A stretch of DNA of 64,000 nucleotides from Dehalococcoidia bacterium (GTDB lineage: Bacteria > Chloroflexota > Dehalococcoidia > Plut-88900). The position numbers and the translations under genes are program-made. The DNA is taken from contig OZ240219.1 of the NCBI GenBank assembly GCA_965197645.1, positions 1,632,001 through 1,696,000 on the forward strand, written 5' to 3'. The notes beneath the pieces are model-generated. The model saw only the letters and a program-made list of their open reading frames with translations. It was not told the origin of the DNA and did not search any database. Shown piece after piece: positions 48,841 to 56,337 of this stretch (position 1 is the stretch's first letter; the number at the start of each line of letters is the position of its first letter).

Positions 48841-49680
48841 CTAGGTTACCTTTACTTCCCTCAGGTAGACCTTACCGTTCCTGCGCTCCAGGTACCCGGT
48901 TGCCTTTTCCGTGCTGTGGGAAAAGATCAGCAGCCACCCTTCGTCCTCAGCCTGTTCCAGGATGTCCCGCTTGACCTTAAGCGTGTCCATCGGATACATG
49001 TCGAACGCCGGGATGTAGGGGAGGGGAAGGTGATGGTTGGTGGAGATGAGGTCTCCCAGGATTGCAGCTTTACGTCTACCGTTGCCGACAACTATGACCT
49101 GGTGGCCTCCGGAGTGACCGCCGGTGATCTTGGCCAGGACCCCGTTGACCAGCTCGCTGTCGCCATCGATTAGTTCCAGCTGACCCTTTTCATTGAGGGG
49201 CTCGAAGTCATCCTTGTGGTAGGCGGCGGCATTTCTCTCGTTGGGATTCATCGCCTCTTCCCAGTCGGTCTTCTGCACAATGTACTTGGCCTTGGGGAAG
49301 GTGCACACTACGTTCCCTTTGCTATCGAACCGGGTGGCGCCGCCTACGTGATCGAAGTGCAGGTGGGTGAGGATAACCATATGGATATCTTTGGGGGTCA
49401 GCCCGTACTGTTTCAGGCCGCGTTGCAGCTTACCCGCCGAGATACCGTAGATATCCTTAACCTTGTCCGGCTCTTTTTTCCCTACCCCGGTGTCCACCAG
49501 TATATTGGTGCCGTTCGACTGGATCAGAAGGCAGTTGAGGCCCATTTGGACCCGGTTTCTTCTATCCGCTCGAACCTTCCGCTCCCACAGGGGTTTGGGT
49601 ACGACTCCGAAAAGGGCGCCAGCGTCCATCTTGAAAGTGCCGTCGCTGACGACGTGGACGTTAAGGCTGCCAAGTCTCAT
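48841..49680 (-). CDS. MBL-fold metallo-hydrolase (YtnP-like)
   Basis: DAGALFGVVPKPLW, THLHFDHVGG, GGHSGGH. Confidence 0.9.
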   Translation of the reverse strand: MRLGSLNVHVVSDGTFKMDAGALFGVVPKPLWERKVRADRRNRVQMGLNCLLIQSNGTNILVDTGVGKKEPDKVKDIYGISAGKLQRGLKQYGLTPKDIHMVILTHLHFDHVGGATRFDSKGNVVCTFPKAKYIVQKTDWEEAMNPNERNAAAYHKDDFEPLNEKGQLELIDGDSELVNGVLAKITGGHSGGHQVIVVGNGRRKAAILGDLISTNHHLPLPYIPAFDMYPMDTLKVKRDILEQAEDEGWLLIFSHSTEKATGYLERRNGKVYLREVKVT

Positions 49681-49744
49681 TGACGGCCTCCTGAATGTGT
49701 AGGAATAGATGGGGCACTAACTATTTTCAAAAAGTATGCGAATA

Positions 49745-49820
49745 TGGCGCGCCTGAAGGGATTCGAACCCCCGACCCTCGGTTCCGAAGACCGATGCTCT
49801 ATCCACTGAGCTACAGGCGC
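49745..49820 (-). tRNA. tRNA-Arg(TCG)
   Basis: GCGCCTGTAGCTCAGTGGATAGAGCA TCGGT-CTTCGGA-ACCGA ...GTTCGAATC...CAGGCGCGCCA. Confidence 0.94.
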
Positions 49821-49859
49821 AGACGCCCTCTCCTCCAGGGCATTCCTCTAATGAAAGAC

Positions 49860-49936
49860 TGGGGTGAGCGAGGGGATTCGAACCCCCGATCTCCAGGGCC
49901 ACAACCTGGCGCCTTAACCGCTAGGCGACGCTCACC
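49860..49936 (-). tRNA. tRNA-His(GTG), with encoded G-1
   Basis: GGTGAGCG...CCAGG-TTGTGGC-CCTGG...GTTCGAATC...CGCTCACCCCA. Confidence 0.94.
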
Positions 49937-50033
49937 GGGGAAACGAACTGAATTCTAGCATCCCATCAATATCGGGTCAAGGTAAAGCGGTGTGAACAGA
50001 GCGGGATTTCCAGCGGGGATGGGCGATGAATCG

Positions 50034-50795
50034 CTAGCTGCTTTCTTCCCATTCCGCTTCGTTCAACACCCTGCAATCCTCGGCGGTCAAGGGGCTCTTC
50101 TTCAGCAATTCGGGCCGGTTCCGCTTGGTCTGCAGCACTGCTTGCGCCCTTCTCCACCGGGCGATCTCACCGTGATTGCCCGATAGCAGGACATCGGGGA
50201 CGCCGAGACCCTGGTACTCGGGAGGGCGGGTGTACTGGGGATGCTGCAGTAGGCCGTCGGTATGGGACTCGTCGTCCAGCGATTGGTTGGAACCGAGAAC
50301 GCCGGGGATGAGCCGGACTATGGCGTCGGTGACGACCATCGCTGCCAGCTCTCCCCCGGTCAGCACGTAATCACCCAGGCTTATCTGGTGGGTGGCCAGG
50401 TGCCGGCTGACACGGGCGTCGATGCCTTCGTAGTGCCCGCAGATCAGGACCAGGTGGCTCTCCCCTAGCAGCTCTTGGGCCATATCCTGGTTGAAAACCT
50501 GACCCTGAGGCGTCAGCAGTATTACAGGAATCTCTTTCTTTGGATTACGGATATCTCTTCTAACAGCGGATACCACGTCCTCCACCGCCTCGAATATGGG
50601 CTCGGGCTTCATCACCATCCCGGCCCCTCCTCCATAGGGGTAGTCGTCCACGGTCCTGTGCTTATCATGAGCGTAGTCCCGGATGTCGTGAAGGTGGATG
50701 CTCGTCAGGCCCGAGTCCCGAGCCCTCTTGACGATGCTTTCCTCGAAGGGTCCGGAAAACATATCGGGGAACAGGGTCAGGATGTGGATCTCCAT
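50034..50795 (-). CDS. trmD: tRNA (guanine37-N1)-methyltransferase
   Basis: LTLFP, VDDYPYGGGAGMV, CGHYEGID, SLGDYVLTGGE, YTRP. Confidence 0.97.
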   Translation of the reverse strand: MEIHILTLFPDMFSGPFEESIVKRARDSGLTSIHLHDIRDYAHDKHRTVDDYPYGGGAGMVMKPEPIFEAVEDVVSAVRRDIRNPKKEIPVILLTPQGQVFNQDMAQELLGESHLVLICGHYEGIDARVSRHLATHQISLGDYVLTGGELAAMVVTDAIVRLIPGVLGSNQSLDDESHTDGLLQHPQYTRPPEYQGLGVPDVLLSGNHGEIARWRRAQAVLQTKRNRPELLKKSPLTAEDCRVLNEAEWEESS

Positions 50796-50823
50796 CAGGC
50801 GCCAACCGGGGACGAACGCAGGG

Positions 50824-51318
50824 TCAACTAGGCTCCTGGTGGCTTGTCCGCCGCCCCTGCAGGAGCTCCAGAGCGTGGGGAAGAGTGGGAAGGATCGCCT
50901 CCAGACATTCTCTGACCCCCTTGGGGCTGCCGGGTAGATTGACTATCAGGCACCGCTTCCTTATTCCGGCAGCCTGCCGGCTGAGCATGCCGTGTGGAGT
51001 CTTCTTCAGGCTGGTCGCCCTCATCACCTCGGGAAGGCCGGGAACATCCCGCTCTATGATGGAGCGGGTGGCTTCCGGAGTAACGTCCCGGGGGCTCATC
51101 CCCGTTCCCCCCGTGGTCAATGCCAGATCCACGTCTCCGCTGTCGGCCCACTCTCGGAGGATGTCGGCGATCACCTGCTGTTCATCGGGAACTACGATGT
51201 ACTTGACGACCTCCCCGTCTATCCGGGGTATCATCTCCTTGATGGCGGCGCCACTGGCGTCTTGGCGCTCGCCCTTGGCCCCAAGATCGCTGCTGGTGAG
51301 TACTCCTACGTTGAACAT
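50824..51318 (-). CDS. MogA/MoaB molybdopterin adenylyltransferase family
   Basis: [25 protein letters not shown]. Confidence 0.92.
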   Translation of the reverse strand: MFNVGVLTSSDLGAKGERQDASGAAIKEMIPRIDGEVVKYIVVPDEQQVIADILREWADSGDVDLALTTGGTGMSPRDVTPEATRSIIERDVPGLPEVMRATSLKKTPHGMLSRQAAGIRKRCLIVNLPGSPKGVRECLEAILPTLPHALELLQGRRTSHQEPS

Positions 51319-51430
51319 TTACACCTTCCGGAATCTGGATGTCCATGATATCACAGGCAGGGTTCCCTACTGCCGGGAGTATCCGGGGGGCAAACAGGGG
51401 ATGTGTCGGCAAGTCCAGCTATGAGTATTA

Positions 51431-51484
51431 TTGACAAAAGATGCACTAGTGTTAAAATGTGGCATTACGTGGGGATGAGTGGGG
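51431..51484 (+). promoter_or_regulatory. mraZ promoter with three MraZ-binding boxes
   Basis: TTGACA (51431)-16 nt-TAAAAT (51453); GTGG repeats at 51459, 51469, 51479 (10-bp period). Confidence 0.8.
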
Positions 51485-51503
51485 AATTCTTTTATCTACC
51501 GTT

Positions 51504-51929
51504 ATGTTTCTTGGTGAGTACGAGTATCGTATCGACCAGAAGGGAAGGATCGCGGTGCCGCCCAGATTTCGAGAGTCCTTTGCAACTGGCATCGTAGTCA
51601 CCCGCGGGTACGATAGGTGTGTGGTGGCCTACACCCTCGCCGAGTGGAACAAGGTCAGCGAGGACTACGCCTCCCTCCCCACAACGAGCGCCAGCTCTCG
51701 CAGACTCAACCGCCTCATCTTCACTAATGCCTTCAGCCTGTATCTAGACCGGTTGGGCCGGTTCATCCTTCCTCCCTCCCTGAAGGAATACGCCCAGATT
51801 CAGGACGAAGTCGTTATTGCCGGCGTCGGGACTTACCTGGAGGTATGGGGCAGGGAGGGCTGGAGCCAGGAACGGACCGCCATGGAAGACCAGGCAGCCG
51901 AAATAGCGGAAGGACTGCATCCGGAATAG
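51504..51929 (+). CDS. mraZ: Division/cell wall cluster transcriptional repressor MraZ
   Basis: MFLGEYEYRIDQKGRI, DRLGRF..P, LEVW. Confidence 0.95.
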   Translation: MFLGEYEYRIDQKGRIAVPPRFRESFATGIVVTRGYDRCVVAYTLAEWNKVSEDYASLPTTSASSRRLNRLIFTNAFSLYLDRLGRFILPPSLKEYAQIQDEVVIAGVGTYLEVWGREGWSQERTAMEDQAAEIAEGLHPE

Positions 51930-51931
51930 GT

Positions 51932-52858
51932 ATGCAAAAGAGCTTCAGCCAGGTCCCCGTTATGGTCTCGGCGGTGCTCGAGGGACTTGACGTCAAGCCT
52001 GGAGGCCGGTATGTCGACTCTACCCTGGGGGAAGGCGGCCACTCGGAAGCCATCCTTCGGGCCGTCCAACCGGACGGTCGAGTGCTGGGCATAGACGCCG
52101 ACTCCTCTGTCGTAGAGGTAGCCAAGGGTAGGCTGCAGCAGTTCGGTCAGTCCTTCCGTGCCGTAGCCGGCAACCACTCCCGCATCGAAGAGATCTGCTC
52201 AAACGAGGACTTCCTTCCGGTTGAGGGAGTCCTCTTTGACCTGGGCGTCTCGTCTTTCCAGCTAGACAGGGCGTTGCGGGGCTTTAGCTTTCAGCGCAAG
52301 GGACCACTGGACATGAGGTTCGACACCGAACAGGCCCTGACCGCCGACGACGTGGTCAACACGTGGCCGGAGCAGGACCTGGCACGGAGCCTGAAGGAGT
52401 ACGGAGAGGAGCCCCGGAGCCGCCGAATCGCCCGGGCCATCGTTTCTGCCCGCCCCATCTCTTCGACCGTGGAGCTGTCCAAGATCGTGCAACGGGAAAT
52501 CCCAGGCGCCGGCAGAAGGACTCACCCTGCAACCAGGACGTTCCAGGCCTTGAGAATCGTCGTGAACCGGGAACTGGACAAGATCGCGAAAGCCCTGGAC
52601 CAGGTGGCCGACCTTCTGATGACCGGAGGGCGATTGGCGGTCATCACCTATCACTCCCTGGAGGCGAGAATCGTCAAGGACTACCTGCGCCGAGAATCGA
52701 AGGACTGCATCTGTGCACCTGAACAGCCTGTATGCACCTGTGACCACAAGGCCACCATGGTAACGATCACCAAGAAGGCCATCGGCCCCGACGCGAGCGA
52801 AATCGAAGCAAATCCCCGCTGCAGAAGCGCCAAGCTTCGAGTGGGCCAGCGAATCTAG
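51932..52858 (+). CDS. rsmH: 16S rRNA m4C1402 methyltransferase
   Basis: DSTLGEGGHS, DLGVSS, PLDMR, HPATRTFQALRI, NPRCRSAKLR. Confidence 0.96.
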   Translation: MQKSFSQVPVMVSAVLEGLDVKPGGRYVDSTLGEGGHSEAILRAVQPDGRVLGIDADSSVVEVAKGRLQQFGQSFRAVAGNHSRIEEICSNEDFLPVEGVLFDLGVSSFQLDRALRGFSFQRKGPLDMRFDTEQALTADDVVNTWPEQDLARSLKEYGEEPRSRRIARAIVSARPISSTVELSKIVQREIPGAGRRTHPATRTFQALRIVVNRELDKIAKALDQVADLLMTGGRLAVITYHSLEARIVKDYLRRESKDCICAPEQPVCTCDHKATMVTITKKAIGPDASEIEANPRCRSAKLRVGQRI

Positions 52859-52890
52859 ATGGACTTCCGGGAACGGAAGGGAGGGGCGTA

Positions 52891-54171
52891 GTGCCGGGAC
52901 CGAAGATGGTGGCGTCAATAGACGTTGGCACCACCAAGGTGTGCTCCGTCCTAGCGAGGTTGGAATGGGACGGAAAGTTGGAGGTCCTCGGTGTCAGCAC
53001 CATTCCTTCGGAGGGTCTGTGGAAAGGCGAAGTCGTCGACGTAGAGGAGGCCTCCAGATCGATACGCAAGTCGGTGGAAGAGCTGCATGAGACGTGCGGC
53101 ATCCCCTTAACATCGGCCTACGTCGGCATAACGGGCAGCCACGTCTCCTGCGTCAACAACCGGGGCCTGGTTGGCAGCTCTCGAAACTTTCGCTACTTCT
53201 CCTCGGGGCCGGTCAACAGGACATTGGAGGAGGCCCGTTACAGCAGCATGACGCCGGATACCGAGGTGCTGCACGTAATTCCCCGGGCCTACCACCTGGA
53301 CGGTCATCGCCGGCCGGGCAGCCCCTACGGTGTTCGGGGCCACAATCTGGAGATGGAAACTCACGTGATCACCGGAGCGGTGAACCGGATTAAGCTCCTG
53401 GTAGAGAGCGTCCAGAACGCTGGAGTACAGGTGAAGGGCCTGGTCCTGGAGCCCCTGGCCAGCAGCCAGGCCGTGTTGACCAGAGAAGAGCAGGAAGTAG
53501 GGGTGATTCTGGCGGACATCGGAGGCGGTTCTACGGACGTGGCCGCCTTCATCGAAGGGACCATCTGGGACACATCGGTGATCCCGGTAGGCGGCAATCA
53601 CGTCACCGGCGACCTTGCGGCATGGCTGGACACCGAACCTCAGCAGGCGGAGAGGATCAAGATAAAGCACGGCCACGCCATGCCGGGACAGGTAGACCCA
53701 GAGGAAAGGGTCCCATTATCCGGTACATCCGAGTCGGATGCTGAGCCGGTCTATCGCCGGGAGCTCTGCGAGGTGATCAGGGACAGGATGGAAGAAACGT
53801 TGCAGCTGATAGGCCAACGAGTCAGGGCAGCAGGAATGAAGGAGGGGCCGGCGGGCGGGCTGGTCCTGACGGGAGGGACGTCAAACCTGCCGGGCATCGA
53901 GACCCTGGCCAAACAGGTCCTCGATATGCCGGTGAGGGTAGGCAGGCCTACACTGCTGGAAGGAGCCCCGGCCAGCCTCCGGGACCCGGCCTTTGCCACC
54001 AGCATGGGCATCATAATCTGGAAGCTGGTCCACGAAGACGGCGAGAGCAAGCTGGACCGGCTGGGTTTCACCAACTACTTCAACAACTTCAGCAAGCGGA
54101 TGCTCTCTCGGGTCGAGGCGCCCGTGAACGGTCATTTCCCCGCTCATTTCGAGCCTGAAGCACAGGTCTAG
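52891..54171 (+). CDS. ftsA: Cell division protein FtsA
   Basis: IDVGTTKV, LEPLASSQAVL, DIGGGST, AERIK, LTGGT. Confidence 0.93.
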   Translation: MPGPKMVASIDVGTTKVCSVLARLEWDGKLEVLGVSTIPSEGLWKGEVVDVEEASRSIRKSVEELHETCGIPLTSAYVGITGSHVSCVNNRGLVGSSRNFRYFSSGPVNRTLEEARYSSMTPDTEVLHVIPRAYHLDGHRRPGSPYGVRGHNLEMETHVITGAVNRIKLLVESVQNAGVQVKGLVLEPLASSQAVLTREEQEVGVILADIGGGSTDVAAFIEGTIWDTSVIPVGGNHVTGDLAAWLDTEPQQAERIKIKHGHAMPGQVDPEERVPLSGTSESDAEPVYRRELCEVIRDRMEETLQLIGQRVRAAGMKEGPAGGLVLTGGTSNLPGIETLAKQVLDMPVRVGRPTLLEGAPASLRDPAFATSMGIIIWKLVHEDGESKLDRLGFTNYFNNFSKRMLSRVEAPVNGHFPAHFEPEAQV

Positions 54172-54205
54172 CAGGTATTAGAGGGGAAGGGAAAGGAGCG
54201 GACCA

Positions 54206-55336
54206 GTGACGACGAACAATATGAGGTCTACGGAGGTCAATATCGTGATCATGGGTGTTGGTGGCGGAGGCTCTAATGCCGTCTCGCGCATGGTCAAAGG
54301 TAGGGCGGAAAGCACCCAGCTGTGTTGCCTCAACACCGATGTCCAGGCCCTGGAGAACATGGACGTGACCCGCAAGATCCCCATAGGGCAACGGCTCACC
54401 AAGGGCCTGGGGGCCGGCGGCGACCCTGATCTGGGTCGACAGTCGGCGGAGGAGAGCAAGGCCGAGATCCTCAAGGCGATACAGGGCGCCGACATAGTGT
54501 TCGTCGCCGCCGGAATGGGCGGTGGAACGGGTACTGGCGCCGCACCGGTAGTAGCCCGGCTCGCCAAGGATGCCGGCGCCCTGACCATCGCCGTCGTCAC
54601 CAAGCCTTTCAGCTTCGAGGGACAGAAACGCCGCCGGCTGGCCGACGCGGGCATCAAGGCCCTCACAAAAAGGGTGGACACCATCGTTACCATCAGCAAC
54701 GATCGCCTGCTGGAGATGTGCGACTCAAACGTCTCGATGATGGGCGCTTTGGCAATGGCCGACGATGTCCTGGCCCAGGGCATACGGGCCATCTCCGACG
54801 TGATCACCGTCGCCGGCGAGATCAATGTGGACTTCGCCGACGTCCGCTCCATCATGACCGACTCCGGTCGAGCCCTGATGGCCATCGGTACCGGCAAGGG
54901 CGTCAACAGGGTCAAAGAGGCCACCCACGCCGTTCTATCGTCACCGTTGCTCGATACCCCGATCAAGGGAGCCACGGGCGTTCTCTTCGACATCACCGGC
55001 GGCGACGATCTTACCCTCGTCGAGGTCAACAGAGTGGCCCAGCTCATAGGCGAAGCCGTCAACCCCGAGGCGGAGAAGATTTTCGGCGTGCTCACTGACA
55101 AGAAGTTGGACGGCTTCCTCAGGATCACGCTGATAGCCACCGGCCTCGGTGCAGATGGCGCCGGCCGGTCCTCCAACGAGGACTACCGCAAGGGGTCCAC
55201 CGCCGAACGCAACGGTCGTTACTCCCTGGCCGGGGAGCCGGCGCTGTCGTCGAACCGGGAAGGGTTCAACCTGGATATACCAACTTTCCTCAGGCGCAAG
55301 GGCGGCGACAAGGTGAGGGAGCAGTCCCTTCCCTGA
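54206..55336 (+). CDS. ftsZ: Cell division protein FtsZ
   Basis: GGGGSNAV, NTD, GMGGGTGTG, NVDFADV, C-terminal LDIPTFLRR. Confidence 0.97.
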   Translation: MTTNNMRSTEVNIVIMGVGGGGSNAVSRMVKGRAESTQLCCLNTDVQALENMDVTRKIPIGQRLTKGLGAGGDPDLGRQSAEESKAEILKAIQGADIVFVAAGMGGGTGTGAAPVVARLAKDAGALTIAVVTKPFSFEGQKRRRLADAGIKALTKRVDTIVTISNDRLLEMCDSNVSMMGALAMADDVLAQGIRAISDVITVAGEINVDFADVRSIMTDSGRALMAIGTGKGVNRVKEATHAVLSSPLLDTPIKGATGVLFDITGGDDLTLVEVNRVAQLIGEAVNPEAEKIFGVLTDKKLDGFLRITLIATGLGADGAGRSSNEDYRKGSTAERNGRYSLAGEPALSSNREGFNLDIPTFLRRKGGDKVREQSLP

Positions 55337-55418
55337 GAAACCCGTTCTAACCTAGGGACGGATACCGGCTCCCCTTTCCTCCCGAAAGGCCCCCTGGAAA
55401 ACCCCGGGTTCGTGGTCA

Positions 55419-55470
55419 GGCTCCGATGGCACACCCAGCTGTCGGAGCCCTTTTGCGCACCCCTTTTTTT
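55419..55470 (+). terminator. Probable intrinsic terminator after ftsZ
   Basis: GGCTCCGATGGC/GCTGTCGGAGCC stem, CTTTT, and a further T7 run. Confidence 0.6.
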
Positions 55471-55577
55471 CAGCCTGCTGGAAACCCGGGACCATGGGCG
55501 GCCCCGACGGTGCCCCGCACCGTCGAGGTCGTTCTATACACATCTTAATTCCCCTCCGAAATTCATGTACAATTGTA

Positions 55578-55631
55578 TTGACACACCCACTATCTTGTGG
55601 TAATTTCACTCGGCAACACAATATATTGTGG
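55578..55631 (+). promoter_or_regulatory. nrdR-nrdJ promoter with tandem NrdR boxes
   Basis: TTGACA (55578)-17 nt-TAATTT; boxes CCCACTATCTTGTGG (about 55586) and ACACAATATATTGTGG (55616), about 31 bp apart. Confidence 0.85.
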
Positions 55632-55660
55632 TTGAAACCCTCTACCAAAGACTGCTTATC

Positions 55661-56209
55661 ATGAGATGCCCGTTCTGCGACAACGAAGATTCCAAGGTTA
55701 TCGACTCCCGTGACGTCGACAACGCCATAAGGCGTCGCAGGCAGTGTCATCGCTGTGGTCTTCGCTTCACAACCCTGGAGCGGATTCAGGCCGCCATCAT
55801 GTCCCTGATTAAGAAGGACGGCCGTCGGGAGGAGTACAACCGGGGCAAGCTGGCAGCCGGCATTCGAAAGGCGTGTGCCAAGCGCTCGTTGCCCACTGGC
55901 ACCATAGAGAAAGTGGTGGACGACATCGAGGCGGACCTGCAAAAGCTGAGCAAAGCCGAAGTCCCCAGCGGCATCGTCGGTGAAATGGTAATGAACCATC
56001 TGAGAAAACTGGACAGGGTGGCTTACATCCGGTTCGCCAGCGTTTACAGAGACTTCTCCGATGCCGAGACCTTCAAGGTAGAGGTGGACTCGTTGCTCGA
56101 GACCGGAAAAGGAGAGACGACGCCCTCGGCTCAGTTGCCCCTCATGCTGGAGGAAGATAGGGCCTCCATTCGGCCCAGACAGCGCCGGCGTAAGAAACCC
56201 ACCAGCTAG
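55661..56209 (+). CDS. nrdR: Transcriptional repressor NrdR
   Basis: MRCPFC..SKVIDSR..IRRRRQC..C..RFTT, AYIRFASVYRDF. Confidence 0.97.
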   Translation: MRCPFCDNEDSKVIDSRDVDNAIRRRRQCHRCGLRFTTLERIQAAIMSLIKKDGRREEYNRGKLAAGIRKACAKRSLPTGTIEKVVDDIEADLQKLSKAEVPSGIVGEMVMNHLRKLDRVAYIRFASVYRDFSDAETFKVEVDSLLETGKGETTPSAQLPLMLEEDRASIRPRQRRRKKPTS

Positions 56210-56337
56210 CCGGGGCCGAGACCTTCCCTTGCGACATTCGGGTCTCAGCGTTGATTTCCGGCCCTGACGCCAACCGGAACCAGGGCGCTAACAATTTACA
56301 GGACAATACACAAGTTTCTAGAAAGCAAACCGGAATC

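Noticed and set aside
49695-49958. Small ORFs at 49695-49958 and 49717-49902
   Set aside because: They are translations across tRNA-Arg and tRNA-His
49745-49990. tRNA genes as island integration sites
   Set aside because: No duplicated tRNA 3' ends or adjacent integrase were seen in the window
56210-56337. Cobalamin riboswitch upstream of nrdJ or of the B12 radical SAM gene
   Set aside because: No B12-box or GGGAA...GCCCCCGC/GCCACUG consensus found by eye in either leader
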